Shown: positions 9,194-19,006 of the stretch, piece by piece
Layout: each line of letters opens with the position of its first letter
Position numbering within the stretch: position 1 is the first letter of the stretch
Source: Roseibacillus sp.
Lineage (GTDB): Bacteria; Verrucomicrobiota; Verrucomicrobiia; Verrucomicrobiales; Akkermansiaceae
Direction of reading: 5' to 3'
DNA length: 64,000 bases
NCBI GenBank assembly: GCA_051251855.1
Contig: JBPOGI010000003.1
Span: forward strand, 64,001-128,000
Made by a program: the position numbers and the translations under genes
The notes under the pieces: model-generated
Databases searched by the model: none
Seen by the model: the letters and a program-made list of their open reading frames with translations, nothing else
Told to the model about the DNA's origin: nothing

Positions 9194-11071
9194 TTAAGAG
9201 AGGCTTTGGGAGAGTTCTTGCTTTTTAAGCCAGATGGAGAGGACCGCGACGTCGGCAGGGGTGATGCCGGCAATTCGCCCGGCTTGTCCGAGAGTGGTGG
9301 GACGGATGTCGGAGAAGCGTTGGCGAGCTTCCATCTTGAGTCCGGTGATGGAGTGATAGTCAAGGCCTGCAGGAAGAGGGGCGTTTTCCTGTTTTGCCAT
9401 CCGTTCGATCTGCTGGGCTTGGCGTTGGATGTGACCGGCGTATTTAAAATCGCTCTCGAGAATGGCCCAATGTTCCATGTGGAACTTCGATTGTATCTCT
9501 GGGGGAAGGCCTTGCCAGTGGTTCTCGTTTCGGCGGAACCATGTTTCGAGCTTTCCTCCATCGTAGGCGGTCTCGCGCACGTATTGTGCCCCTTCTTCGA
9601 GTGCTCGTTTCTTGGCCTCGAATCTCTGCCACCGGGATTCGGGGATGAGGCCGGCTTGGCGGGCGACTGGGGTGATCCGTTGGTCTGCGGTGTCTTGGCG
9701 TAGTAGGAGTCGGTGTTCGGCTCGGCTGGTAAAGAGGCGGTAGGGTTCTGTGCAGCCTTTAGTGACGAGGTCATCGATCATGACGCCAATGTAGGCTTGG
9801 TCTCGGCCGAGGATAAGGGGGGCTTTACCTTGGACCTTAAGAGCCGCATTGGCTCCGGCGATGAGGCCTTGGGCCGCCGCTTCCTCATAACCCGAGGTGC
9901 CGTTGATTTGTCCTGCAAAGTAGAGGCCCGAGACGGATTTAGTTTCGAGGGTAGGATAGAGCTGTGTGGGGGGGCAGTAGTCGTATTCGACGGCATAGCC
10001 TGGGCGGATGATCTCTGCCTTCTCTAGTCCCTCAATAGAGCGGATGAAGTCGAGCTGAACGGAGTAGGGGAGGGAAGTAGAGACGCCGTTGATGTAATAC
10101 TCTCGAGTGTGGCGGCCTTCGGGCTCCAAGAAGACTTGGTGTCGGTCTTTGTCGGCGAACTTGACGACCTTGTCTTCGATGGAGGGACAGTAGCGTGGGC
10201 CTACGCCCTCGATCATGCCGCCATACATTGCTGAGAGGTGAAGATTATCTCGGATGTGGTCGTGGGTTTGTGAGTTGGTCCAGGTGATCCAGCAAGGGAG
10301 CTGTTCCACATGGAACATGCCTTCTTCAGTGTAGTGATTGAGGCTAAAGAGATCGTCGGGGTCGCGGGTGAGCTCCTCGGGATGGTAGGAAAAGAGAGCT
10401 GGGGGCGTGTCCCCGTCTTGGCGCTCACATTTTGAAAAGTCGATGGAACGCCCGTTAAGTCGGCAGGGGGTGCCGGTCTTGAAACGCTCGACTTGGAAGC
10501 CAAGCTCTTTAAGAGAGTCGCTGACGGTAGAGACGGCGTCGCCGGTGCGCCCGCCCTTTTGAGTTTCTTTACCGACGTGCATCAGCCCGCGCATGAAGGT
10601 CCCTGCAGAGAGGATGACGGATTGGGTGTCGAGGCGCAGGCCCATGTTGGTTTCAAGAGCGACGATGGCGTCATTCTCGACAATGAGTTTGGTGACGTTC
10701 CCTTGATGGAGGTCGAGATTGGGTGTGGATTCGATGATGTTTTTGATGCGGAACTGGTAGGCCTTCTTGTCACATTGGGCGCGAGGGGCGCGTACGCTGG
10801 GTCCCTTTCCGCTGTTGAGCATCCTCCACTGGATAGCGGTCGCGTCTGTGTTTTGTGCCATGATGCCACCTAGGGCATCGATTTCGCGAACGACGTGACC
10901 CTTAGCTAGACCTCCAATGGCGGGGTTGCAGCTCATTTGGCCAATGGTGTCGAGGTTCTGAGTAAGGAGGGCAACGTCGCAGCCCATGCGGGCGGCAGCG
11001 AGTGCGGCTTCGACTCCGGCGTGACCGGCCCCGATGACGACGACGTGATAGGACTTAGGAAAGGTGAACAT
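9194..11071 (-). CDS. mnmG: tRNA uridine-5-carboxymethylaminomethyl modification enzyme MnmG/GidA
   Basis: [58 protein letters not shown]. Confidence 0.98.
   Translation of the reverse strand: MFTFPKSYHVVVIGAGHAGVEAALAAARMGCDVALLTQNLDTIGQMSCNPAIGGLAKGHVVREIDALGGIMAQNTDATAIQWRMLNSGKGPSVRAPRAQCDKKAYQFRIKNIIESTPNLDLHQGNVTKLIVENDAIVALETNMGLRLDTQSVILSAGTFMRGLMHVGKETQKGGRTGDAVSTVSDSLKELGFQVERFKTGTPCRLNGRSIDFSKCERQDGDTPPALFSYHPEELTRDPDDLFSLNHYTEEGMFHVEQLPCWITWTNSQTHDHIRDNLHLSAMYGGMIEGVGPRYCPSIEDKVVKFADKDRHQVFLEPEGRHTREYYINGVSTSLPYSVQLDFIRSIEGLEKAEIIRPGYAVEYDYCPPTQLYPTLETKSVSGLYFAGQINGTSGYEEAAAQGLIAGANAALKVQGKAPLILGRDQAYIGVMIDDLVTKGCTEPYRLFTSRAEHRLLLRQDTADQRITPVARQAGLIPESRWQRFEAKKRALEEGAQYVRETAYDGGKLETWFRRNENHWQGLPPEIQSKFHMEHWAILESDFKYAGHIQRQAQQIERMAKQENAPLPAGLDYHSITGLKMEARQRFSDIRPTTLGQAGRIAGITPADVAVLSIWLKKQELSQSLS
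9471..9486. promoter_or_regulatory. parS-like site TGTTCCATGTGGAACT (inside mnmG)
   Basis: Near-palindromic 16-mer matching the parS consensus. Confidence 0.7.
10302..10317. promoter_or_regulatory. parS-like site TGTTCCACATGGAACA (inside mnmG)
   Basis: 15/16 match to TGTTCCACGTGGAACA; encodes MFHVEQ. Confidence 0.8.
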
Positions 11072-11173
11072 GCGCGGCGGGAGTATAGACTGAGATGCTC
11101 GAGAGAGAAACGTTTGTGGAGTGAATTTTTTGATGAGAAAGAGTGCAGGGGATCAGGTGTTTTTCGAGGTTAG

Positions 11174-11189
11174 TGTTCCACGTGGAACG
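11174..11189. promoter_or_regulatory. parS site TGTTCCACGTGGAACG (intergenic, upstream of mnmG)
   Basis: Perfect 14-bp palindromic core GTTCCACGTGGAAC. Confidence 0.85.
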
Positions 11190-11230
11190 GGCTGTAGGGA
11201 TTCCGAGAAGTGAAGTGAGCCTGAGTATTC

Positions 11231-11340
11231 GTTTGGACTCCTCGTTCAGTAGCGACGACAAGACTCGCACTCGCAGGCCAGAGGGTTATGCCACGGTGAC
11301 CAGACTTCTTTTTGAATTGGAAATGGGTAGAAGTCTGTTA
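11231..11340 (+). ncRNA. Candidate structured cis-regulatory leader RNA (riboswitch-like, family not recognised)
   Basis: Several short helices and alternative pairings directly upstream of the ATG at 11352 (see findings). Confidence 0.4.
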
Positions 11341-11351
11341 TTGAAATCGCC

Positions 11352-11903
11352 ATGTCGATTGGACCTCGCCCTGTTCTATTTCTCGTTGCGATTTTGGCCC
11401 TCATTTCATTTCGCCAAATTGGGATGAATTATGAGCTTCATCACTTCCAGCCTTTCACGGCATTATTTTTTGCGTTGGCGGCTTTAAAGAGTGCGCGCTG
11501 GCTTTTAATTCCACTAGCGGGGTATGTGCTCTCGACTGTATGGACTGAGGGAAGCTTGTCTCTTTGGATTCTGTCGCCTCTTTTGGCCTATGGTTTGATT
11601 GCGGTTTGGGGGACGCGTTTCTCGAATCGAACCAGCGCGCCTACCTTACTGGGAGCGTCTCTAGGTGGTGCGGGAATCTTCTATCTTGTGACGAATTCAA
11701 TCAGCTGGCTGGCGAGTCCCGTTTATGCGAAAAGTTTCGGAGGTATGGCACAGGCTCTTTGGACGGGAACTCCTGGCTTTCCTCCCACTTGGATGTTTTT
11801 CAGAAACGATGCTGTAGCGACCTTACTCTTCACCGCAATCGTTGTTGTTCTGAATCGAATGACCTTTGGAAAAAGGACGGAAGAAGTCGCTGTGACTGCG
11901 TAG
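11352..11903 (+). CDS. DUF6580-like putative transport membrane protein
   Basis: Five to six TM segments; motifs HFQPFTALFF, FYLVTNSISW, YAKSFGGMAQALWTGTPGFPPTWMFFRND. Confidence 0.7.
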   Translation: MSIGPRPVLFLVAILALISFRQIGMNYELHHFQPFTALFFALAALKSARWLLIPLAGYVLSTVWTEGSLSLWILSPLLAYGLIAVWGTRFSNRTSAPTLLGASLGGAGIFYLVTNSISWLASPVYAKSFGGMAQALWTGTPGFPPTWMFFRNDAVATLLFTAIVVVLNRMTFGKRTEEVAVTA

Positions 11904-12079
11904 TAATCAACTGATTATTAAATGATTACGCGAGGTGTTATTCTCGGTTGGTCTTTTATAGCCTGGTAGAGATTGTGCTGCTTTTGAGCTCGATGGTTCC
12001 GATTGTTGGGTCATCTTTTTAACAGAACCAAACTCGGCTTGCGCGAATGGCGGGAAGCGGGTATTGCCTTGCTTGTCTC

Positions 12080-13165
12080 ATGATCTCATCACCTGAACCG
12101 AATGTCGACGGACTCGACTTCTCCGATTCGCCCATCAACAAGTCTCTCACCAATTCTGAGAAGATTGATTTCTATCGCACCATGATGCGAATTCGACGAT
12201 TTGAGATGGTTTCTCTCAAGAACTATAACGCCGGAAAAATGGGAGGGTTTCTCCATGTCTACAATGGTCAGGAAAGTGTTGCGACTTCCTGTGCTTCTCT
12301 GATGGGAGAGCACGATCACATGATCACTGCCTACCGTTGCCATGGCCATGCGCTTGCTGCAGGGATGAATATGAAAGAGTGTATGGCCGAGCTTTTTGGC
12401 AAGATTACTGGCTGCTCTCAGGGCAAAGGTGGCTCAATGCACTTCTTTGCTCCCGATAAAAATTATTGGGGCGGTCATGGAATTGTAGGGGGCCAGATTC
12501 CTCTTGGGATCGGATTGGCTTACGGAGTCAAATATAACGGGAATGTTGGCTGTTCGCTTTCTTTCCTCGGTGATGGAGCGGTTAACCAAGGGGCGGTGCA
12601 TGAGTCTCTCAACATTGCGGCCCTTTTTGAACTTCCTGCAGTAATCGTGATTGAGAACAACGGTTATTCAATGGGCACCTCGCAAAAACGTTCTTCTGCC
12701 TATCGTGACTGTCTTGCACAACGCGCAGAGGCTTACGATATGGCTTGGGACTTGATTAACGGCGAGGATGTTTATGAACTTCGAGCCAAACTTCATATTG
12801 CGATGGAGAGAGCACGTAAGGAGTCTTTGCCTACTGTTCTTGAGATTCAAACATATCGTCACTACGGCCATAGTATTGCAGATGCGAATGCTTCCAAATA
12901 CCGGAGTCCTGAAGAGATTAAGCGCTACAAGGATGAGCATGATCCCATCTCTGTCTGGGAGAAAAAGTTGATTGGAGAGGGAGTGTTTACCGCTGAGGAT
13001 GCCAAGCAGATTTCAAAGGAAGCGATGGCCGAAGCGACTGAAGCGGCTGAGTTTGCAGAACAATCCTCTCCACCTACTTTTGAGGATATTCAGAAGCACG
13101 TCTATTGGGAGACCGATAACGATACTGAAGCTTCCAAGATTGGCCGTCACTTTTTCAATGATTAA
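12080..13165 (+). CDS. pdhA: Pyruvate dehydrogenase E1 alpha subunit
   Basis: GGFLHVYNGQE, GKGGSMH, TPP-binding GDGAVNQG...ENNGYSMGT, TYRHYGHS. Confidence 0.93.
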   Translation: MISSPEPNVDGLDFSDSPINKSLTNSEKIDFYRTMMRIRRFEMVSLKNYNAGKMGGFLHVYNGQESVATSCASLMGEHDHMITAYRCHGHALAAGMNMKECMAELFGKITGCSQGKGGSMHFFAPDKNYWGGHGIVGGQIPLGIGLAYGVKYNGNVGCSLSFLGDGAVNQGAVHESLNIAALFELPAVIVIENNGYSMGTSQKRSSAYRDCLAQRAEAYDMAWDLINGEDVYELRAKLHIAMERARKESLPTVLEIQTYRHYGHSIADANASKYRSPEEIKRYKDEHDPISVWEKKLIGEGVFTAEDAKQISKEAMAEATEAAEFAEQSSPPTFEDIQKHVYWETDNDTEASKIGRHFFND

Positions 13166-13220
13166 AGCGCCGACCCCGAGCAACAATTTTTACCTAACCT
13201 GATACTTTTTAAATAATCTC

Positions 13221-14204
13221 ATGCGCGAAATCGAATACCGTGACGCCCTTAACGAAGCCTTTGACGAAGAACTGGAACGCGATTCCAATGTCGTTCTGAT
13301 GGGCGAAGAAGTGGCGCAATATAACGGAGCCTACAAGGTGACCAAAGGTCTGTGGGAAAAGTGGGGCGACAAGCGAGTCGTCGATACTCCGATCTCCGAG
13401 GCCGGTTTCATTGGCATGGGTATTGGTGCTTCCATGTTGGGAGTGCGTCCTGTGATGGAACTGATGTTCTGGTCCTTTCATTCGGTGGCTTTCGACCAGT
13501 TGGTGAACAACGCTGCTTGTGTGCGCTACATGTCTGGAGGCTTGATCAACTGTCCCATCGTGATGCGTGGTCCTGCTAATGGCGGAACCAATGTGGGCGC
13601 GACTCACTCACATTGTCCGGAGGGGCTTTTTGCGGCATTTCCCGGATTGAAGGTGGTTGTTCCCGCGACCCCAGCGGATGCCAAGGGTTTGATGAAGTCG
13701 GCGATTCGTGACAATGACCCTGTTTATGTGATGGAGAATACTCTTCTTTACGGCAACAAGGGCCATGTGCCGGACCCTTCCGAAGGTGACTTTACGATCC
13801 CGCTTGGAAAAGCTGATATTAAGCGTGAGGGTTCCGATATTTCTTTGATCGCTCACGGACGCAGTGTTCTTCATGCTTTGGAAGCGGCGGAGACTTTGCA
13901 AAAGGAGCACAATATCAATGCTGAAGTTCTCGATCTTCGCAGCATTCGTCCGCTTGACCAAGATGCGATTATTAAGTCCGTAATGAAGACGAATCGCGCG
14001 GTTCTTGTTGACGAGTCGAAGCCCTTTAATGGTGTTTCTTCTCAGATAGCGACATTGATTCAAGAGCATGCTTTTGATTACTTGGATGCGCCTATCAAGC
14101 GAGTGTGCACGATTGACGCCCCTGCGATCTATTCCAAGCACATCGAGAACGAGCAACTCCCCAACCCCCGCCGCGTGGTGGAGAAGGTGTTAGAGATTGC
14201 GTAG
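13221..14204 (+). CDS. pdhB: Pyruvate dehydrogenase E1 beta subunit
   Basis: GEEVAQYNGAYKVTKGL, DTPISEAGF, DLRSIRPLD, AFDYLDAP. Confidence 0.94.
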   Translation: MREIEYRDALNEAFDEELERDSNVVLMGEEVAQYNGAYKVTKGLWEKWGDKRVVDTPISEAGFIGMGIGASMLGVRPVMELMFWSFHSVAFDQLVNNAACVRYMSGGLINCPIVMRGPANGGTNVGATHSHCPEGLFAAFPGLKVVVPATPADAKGLMKSAIRDNDPVYVMENTLLYGNKGHVPDPSEGDFTIPLGKADIKREGSDISLIAHGRSVLHALEAAETLQKEHNINAEVLDLRSIRPLDQDAIIKSVMKTNRAVLVDESKPFNGVSSQIATLIQEHAFDYLDAPIKRVCTIDAPAIYSKHIENEQLPNPRRVVEKVLEIA

Positions 14205-14279
14205 TTAGAGAGTTCTCAGCGCTCATTCATTTCCCCTAATTTCTTGCAGGCCATAGATGAGCCTGCTTGAATGTTAGGT

Positions 14280-16490
14280 ATGAAAATAGCGAAAGACGGT
14301 TTGCCCTCAATGATGGGTGCGGTCTTGGCGCTTTCGATGATTGCGCTGGCAATCGCTCCTCTTGAGATTGTTTGGGTAAGGTGGGTGGTCTGTGGGACGG
14401 GCCTGACCCTCATCATGCTTCTTGTCACGGGATGGGGGAGACCGCGGCGTCAGGAGTTGGAACTACTCAAACGCTTGCGAAGGGCGGAGTCGCAGCGGGA
14501 GGAAATTGAGCGATACTTTATAGCGCTCATGGACTCGGTGCCATCCAATATCTATTTTAAAGATTTGGAGTCCAAGTTTGTGCGCGTGAACCAATCTATG
14601 GCTTACGCCGTGAAAGTAGGGCACCCGCGAGATCTGGTTGGCAAGTCCGACCATGACATGTTTTGCGTAGAGCATGCTGAACAAGCGCGGAAGGATGAGC
14701 TCGAAGTCATTAGGACAGGCAAGGGCATGGAGGGATACATTGAGCGGGAAAATTTTCCCGATGGATCCGAGGGATGGGTTCTTAGCTCCAAGCTTCCTTT
14801 CCGAGACCAGTCGGGAAGAATTCTGGGCACTTTGGGGCTCTCGAGTGATGTTACTGAAATGGTAAAAACCTCGCGCGCGCTGGAGCGCGAGCGCAATACC
14901 CTTCGCTCCCTCATTGATAGCATTCCTGACAATATCTATATTCGTGGTGCGGAAGGGAAATACCTGGTGGGTAACCAAGCCTTGGCAACCTTTGTAGGAG
15001 AGGACGATCCGGAGCAAGTTTGTGGTAAGGGTCCACACGACTTCTTTGGTCCCGATAAAGCCCAGACCTTCTTGAAGGAAGATCGAAAGGTGATGGAGTC
15101 TGGTGTACCGGTCATTGATCGCCGCAGTCAGCTGAAGAATCGTGAGGGTGAGGTTCGAGATATGTTGATTTCGAAAGTTCCAGTCCGAGATGAAGAGGGG
15201 AATGTCTTTGGGATTGTGGGTATGAACAGGGACATCACCGCCGAGGTGCGTGCTCGTCGGGAATTGAAACAAGCCGAGAGGCAGATGCAGGAGATCATGG
15301 ACCACTCTCCAGCCCCGATTTACGTGAAGTCAATTACGGGGCGTTATTTGATGGTGAATGAGCGCTTTGAGCGTCTTTTTAACCTTAAGCAGGAAGATGT
15401 GTTGGGTAAGGATGACTTTGAGATCATGCCCAACGAAGAGTCCGCGCGAGCGGTCAGAGTACTCGACAAACGGGTGGCAGAGGAAGAATGCGTGCTGCAA
15501 ATGGATGAACAGATTCAAATGCCTGATGGCTTGCGGACCTACGTCTCTTCAAAGTTTCCGATGCGAGATGCCCGAGGAAAAATCTATGCTGTGGGTGGAA
15601 TTTCTATCGACATCACCGAGCGTAAGGAAGCCGAAGAAGGGATTCAAAAAATCAACAAAGAGTTGTTGGAGGCCAATGAGAACCTCACGAAAGCCCACGA
15701 GCAATTGATGATGGCCGAAAAGATGGAGTCCATCGGTAGACTTGCTGCTGGTGTGGCACACGAAGTGAAGAACCCCCTAGCTATGATTGGAATGGGACTC
15801 GAGCTTCTGTCGCGACGCTTGCCCGAAGAGGATCAAAAAGCCGCTGAGACCGTGGAGCGAATGAAGCGAGGGATCGATCGCGCCAAAACGATCGTAAAGG
15901 GCTTGGTTGACTTTTCATCCGACCGTTCCCTCGATATCCAACCGATGGATGTGCGCCAAGTGATTCGAGCGTCCCATGATTTGGTAGATTATGAACTTCA
16001 AAAGGCTCAGGTAGAAGTGAGCTACGTTTTCGGAGAGGACTTGCCGAAGGTTTTGGTCGACCAAGTGCGAATCGAGCAGGTCCTCGTGAACCTAATGATG
16101 AATGCTACCCATGCTATGAATGGAGCTGGGACACTCAGTATTCATACCGATCTGGTGTCCTTGCAGGGGATCGTGTTCGATGCGGGATCACGATTACGTG
16201 AACGCCCTAAAGACGGCGATCTTCGACTGAGGCTTTTGATCCGAGACACCGGCGCCGGAATTCCGGAAGAGCTGCTCGATAAGATCTTCGACCCCTTCTT
16301 CACGACCAAAGAGACAGGGAAAGGAACAGGTCTAGGTCTCGCGGTGTCTCATAAGATCGTCGAGCTTCATGGCGGTAAATTGAGCCTGCGCAATCGGGAA
16401 GATGGAAAGGGCGCCGAAGCCGAACTTCTCTTTCAAGTCGTTCCCGAGGATGAAAGTGCCTCCAAAACTCTCCCAAGTGACAAAAAATAG
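14280..16490 (+). CDS. Membrane-anchored sensor histidine kinase with three PAS domains
   Basis: Two N-terminal TM segments; three PAS/PAC repeats (IYFKD...SSDVTE, IYIRG...RDITA, IYVKS...IDITERK); H-box AHEVKNPL, N-box, [20 protein letters not shown]. Confidence 0.93.
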   Translation: MKIAKDGLPSMMGAVLALSMIALAIAPLEIVWVRWVVCGTGLTLIMLLVTGWGRPRRQELELLKRLRRAESQREEIERYFIALMDSVPSNIYFKDLESKFVRVNQSMAYAVKVGHPRDLVGKSDHDMFCVEHAEQARKDELEVIRTGKGMEGYIERENFPDGSEGWVLSSKLPFRDQSGRILGTLGLSSDVTEMVKTSRALERERNTLRSLIDSIPDNIYIRGAEGKYLVGNQALATFVGEDDPEQVCGKGPHDFFGPDKAQTFLKEDRKVMESGVPVIDRRSQLKNREGEVRDMLISKVPVRDEEGNVFGIVGMNRDITAEVRARRELKQAERQMQEIMDHSPAPIYVKSITGRYLMVNERFERLFNLKQEDVLGKDDFEIMPNEESARAVRVLDKRVAEEECVLQMDEQIQMPDGLRTYVSSKFPMRDARGKIYAVGGISIDITERKEAEEGIQKINKELLEANENLTKAHEQLMMAEKMESIGRLAAGVAHEVKNPLAMIGMGLELLSRRLPEEDQKAAETVERMKRGIDRAKTIVKGLVDFSSDRSLDIQPMDVRQVIRASHDLVDYELQKAQVEVSYVFGEDLPKVLVDQVRIEQVLVNLMMNATHAMNGAGTLSIHTDLVSLQGIVFDAGSRLRERPKDGDLRLRLLIRDTGAGIPEELLDKIFDPFFTTKETGKGTGLGLAVSHKIVELHGGKLSLRNREDGKGAEAELLFQVVPEDESASKTLPSDKK

Positions 16491-16495
16491 AAATA

Positions 16496-16885
16496 ATGAA
16501 AAATTCCAAGACACCTCCCAAAAAAATTCTTCTTGTCGATGATGAGAACGACTTTACCGAATTGCTGGCCGCTAACCTTGAAGAGGCCGGCCATTTTGCG
16601 GTAACCCAAGTGAATGACCCCCGACAGGCAGTCAAGACCGCTCGTGAGTTGAAGCCGGACATTTGTATTATCGATCTCGTGATGCCGAAGATGGACGGTG
16701 GTGATGTCATCAATGCACTGAAAAATGACGGTGAGCTCGCTGAGATTCCGGTCTTGATGCTCACGGCCCTCGTCGAAGAAAATGCGGAAAGCCCCGGGGA
16801 GGCCCAGATTCGAGGCGGCTTGCCCTTTGTGAGTAAGACCTCCGATCTCAAAGTTATCATAAAGGCCATCAACGACAGGATTTAG
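16496..16885 (+). CDS. Single-domain response regulator (receiver only)
   Basis: ILLVDDE, IIDLVMPKMDG, PVLMLTA, FVSK. Confidence 0.92.
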   Translation: MKNSKTPPKKILLVDDENDFTELLAANLEEAGHFAVTQVNDPRQAVKTARELKPDICIIDLVMPKMDGGDVINALKNDGELAEIPVLMLTALVEENAESPGEAQIRGGLPFVSKTSDLKVIIKAINDRI

Positions 16886-16902
16886 TCTTTCTCTGAGCTC
16901 AG

Positions 16903-17000
16903 TTATCGCTGTGGGTTTATCGCTGTGGGTTTATCGCTGTGGGTTTATCGCTGTGGGTTTATCGCTGTGGGTTTATCGCTGTGGGTTTATCGCTGTGGGT
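16903..17000. repeat. Perfect tandem repeat, 7 x 14 bp (TTATCGCTGTGGGT)
   Basis: Seven identical contiguous copies with no spacers. Confidence 0.97.
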
Positions 17001-17068
17001 AATTGGGCGATATTGATCGCGAGCGAGGGAGACCTTGCTTGTCGGTCTGAGCTCACTAAAGTGCTGCG

Positions 17069-17563
17069 GTGACTCGCAAAGGTTCATTTTCCACCGAGGC
17101 CTCTGCTCAAAAAGTGACGCCTCCGTCCAAGAAAGAGACCTTCCCGCCTTCAGGGAAAGTAAAGCATCGGCCTCCGTTGCCTTGGCCGTGGGCGATGGGA
17201 GTCTTTCTTGTGCTACTGATTCTGCCAGTTTGGGCTGCAGTGGATTTGGCCAAGGGGATCGATTGGCGTTTTATCGCCACCTATTTTGGTCTGATTTCGG
17301 GGTTAACGTTCGTATTTTATTGGTCTGATAAGAGGAAAGCCCAACACGACCAGTGGCGTATTCCCGAGGAAACCCTGCATTTACTAGAAGTCCTTGGAGG
17401 CTGGCCTGCGGCTCTGCTCGCACAGCGAGTGCTAAGACATAAGACGAAAAAGAAGCGTTTTCAGGCTCTTTTCTGGCTCATTATTGGGATTCATCAGCTT
17501 CTTTCTTTTGAAGTGGTTACGGGCTGGTGGCTTTCACGGTCGATCTGGCAGGCTTTTGGCTAA
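17069..17563 (+). CDS. DUF1294 family membrane protein
   Basis: YWSDKRKAQHDQWRIPEETLH, GGWPAALLAQRVLRHKTKK. Confidence 0.88.
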   Translation: MTRKGSFSTEASAQKVTPPSKKETFPPSGKVKHRPPLPWPWAMGVFLVLLILPVWAAVDLAKGIDWRFIATYFGLISGLTFVFYWSDKRKAQHDQWRIPEETLHLLEVLGGWPAALLAQRVLRHKTKKKRFQALFWLIIGIHQLLSFEVVTGWWLSRSIWQAFG

Positions 17564-17664
17564 TAAATGGTTGATTTCATGGGCCGCTGACGGCTTCTCA
17601 GCGACTTCCGTCATAATTTGTTTGCATCCCTTCATCACTTCTCATTATCCTCTACCCCACACCA

Positions 17665-18144
17665 ATGAAACACCTTGCACTCATCGTAACCTCGCTTGTC
17701 GCCGCGCTTGTCTTCACATCATGCTGCGGCTCTCCCTTTAGCCTTTGCGGCAAGAACGTGGAGCTAAAGAACTGCAACGATTGTGGGCAGAAGCAAACTT
17801 TCGCTCACCAAGGGTGCGAGGGTAAGCGCTATGTTGAAAAGCAGGTGACTGAGTATGTTGAGGAGCAAATTGTCATCGAAGGCAAGAGCGCTAAGGGTGG
17901 CAAAGGTGGAATGACTACTGAGACCATCACTGTGCGTCGTCCAGTTGTGAAGACTGTCCGCGAAGAAGTTCCTTGTGGTGATTGTGGCTCCAAGTTCTGT
18001 GCAACTCCCGATTGTTGTGGAATCGTTCCTGTCTCTGTATTGAGCCGTGCGACTGCTCAAGGCGGAACGGGTGAGCCTCACGTTGGAACTATTCCTACCA
18101 TGAAGGTTCTCGTTTCTGGTGCGAGAGATAACAACGACCTCTAA
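17665..18144 (+). CDS. Cysteine-rich putative lipoprotein
   Basis: Signal peptide with lipobox-like FTSC; 11 Cys; followed by a terminator. Confidence 0.75.
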   Translation: MKHLALIVTSLVAALVFTSCCGSPFSLCGKNVELKNCNDCGQKQTFAHQGCEGKRYVEKQVTEYVEEQIVIEGKSAKGGKGGMTTETITVRRPVVKTVREEVPCGDCGSKFCATPDCCGIVPVSVLSRATAQGGTGEPHVGTIPTMKVLVSGARDNNDL

Positions 18145-18153
18145 ATTTTCTCT

Positions 18154-18480
18154 GTGAAAAATTTCTTAAAGGCCGGGCCGAGATGGTCCGGCTTTTTTTT
18201 ATCTGGAATTGTCGTCTCTGGCCTTGCTCTATGTAGCTGCCAAACCCCTCCTGCGGTTCAAGAGCCAATGCCAAAGAAGACATCTCGCAAGGATGGTCCT
18301 ACCCGCTCCTATCTTGGACTTACCAAGAAGGAAGCGGTTGTTAAAGCGCGTGAGATGGGATTGCGTAGTCGCATTGTGCGAGATGAATTTGAACGCTTTC
18401 CGATGACCAAGGATCTGCGAGCTGATCGCATTAACTTTGAAATTGATAAGGGTTTAGTGACGGTAGCGAAGATGTTCTAG
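18154..18480 (+). CDS. Small putative lipoprotein with a peptidase-inhibitor I78-like C-terminus
   Basis: LALCSC lipobox-like; YLGLTKKEA...MTKDLRADRINFEIDKGLV resembles I78/I13-type inhibitors; start uncertain (18154 or 18268). Confidence 0.55.
   Translation: MKNFLKAGPRWSGFFLSGIVVSGLALCSCQTPPAVQEPMPKKTSRKDGPTRSYLGLTKKEAVVKAREMGLRSRIVRDEFERFPMTKDLRADRINFEIDKGLVTVAKMF
18168..18200 (+). terminator. Intrinsic terminator
   Basis: GCCGGGCC-GAGAT-GGTCCGGC hairpin followed by T8. Confidence 0.85.
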
Positions 18481-18505
18481 CTTTCGCTAAGAATCCTTGT
18501 TTCCG

Positions 18506-19006
18506 ATGTCTAAAATCACAATCAAAGGCACTCTTAACTTTAAGGAGTATCTGGAGTGCCATAAAATTCTAGCTGCGAAACGGCGTCATTGGCTACGCTC
18601 GATCTACGCATTGATAGGGCTCGCAGCACTGATATATGCCTTCTTTGTTTCGGAAAGTCGGCCGGAGTGGGCCCTCGTTTTGTTTGGAGGCTTTTTTCTT
18701 CTCTATGCGACGCTCATCTCTCCCATCCAATTCGCCTATAGGGTGGAGAAGAACTGGAAGAAGTATCCTCGGGTCAAAAGGGAATTTGAAATTGTCGTCA
18801 CTGAAGACGGAGTCGCTACTAGGGATGATAAGGGCCATCTAGCGCACTTGAACTGGAGCAGTTTCTATAAGTATCGAGAGAGTTCCTCTCTCTTTCTCCT
18901 CTATGTTTCTCCATTGCTCCCGCAAGCGCTTCCAAAGAGGTTGGTTCTCGCGCAAGAGATCGAGGATTTGCGTGCGGTGCTGACATCGAAGATGCCTCAA
19001 AATTGA
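18506..19006 (+). CDS. YcxB family membrane protein
   Basis: Two TM segments, then TEDGV...LNWSSFYKYRES..LFLLY...LPKR. Confidence 0.75.
   Translation: MSKITIKGTLNFKEYLECHKILAAKRRHWLRSIYALIGLAALIYAFFVSESRPEWALVLFGGFFLLYATLISPIQFAYRVEKNWKKYPRVKREFEIVVTEDGVATRDDKGHLAHLNWSSFYKYRESSSLFLLYVSPLLPQALPKRLVLAQEIEDLRAVLTSKMPQN

Noticed and set aside
16903..17000. Possible CRISPR array
   Set aside because: Units are 14 bp, contiguous and lack spacers; no cas genes in the window
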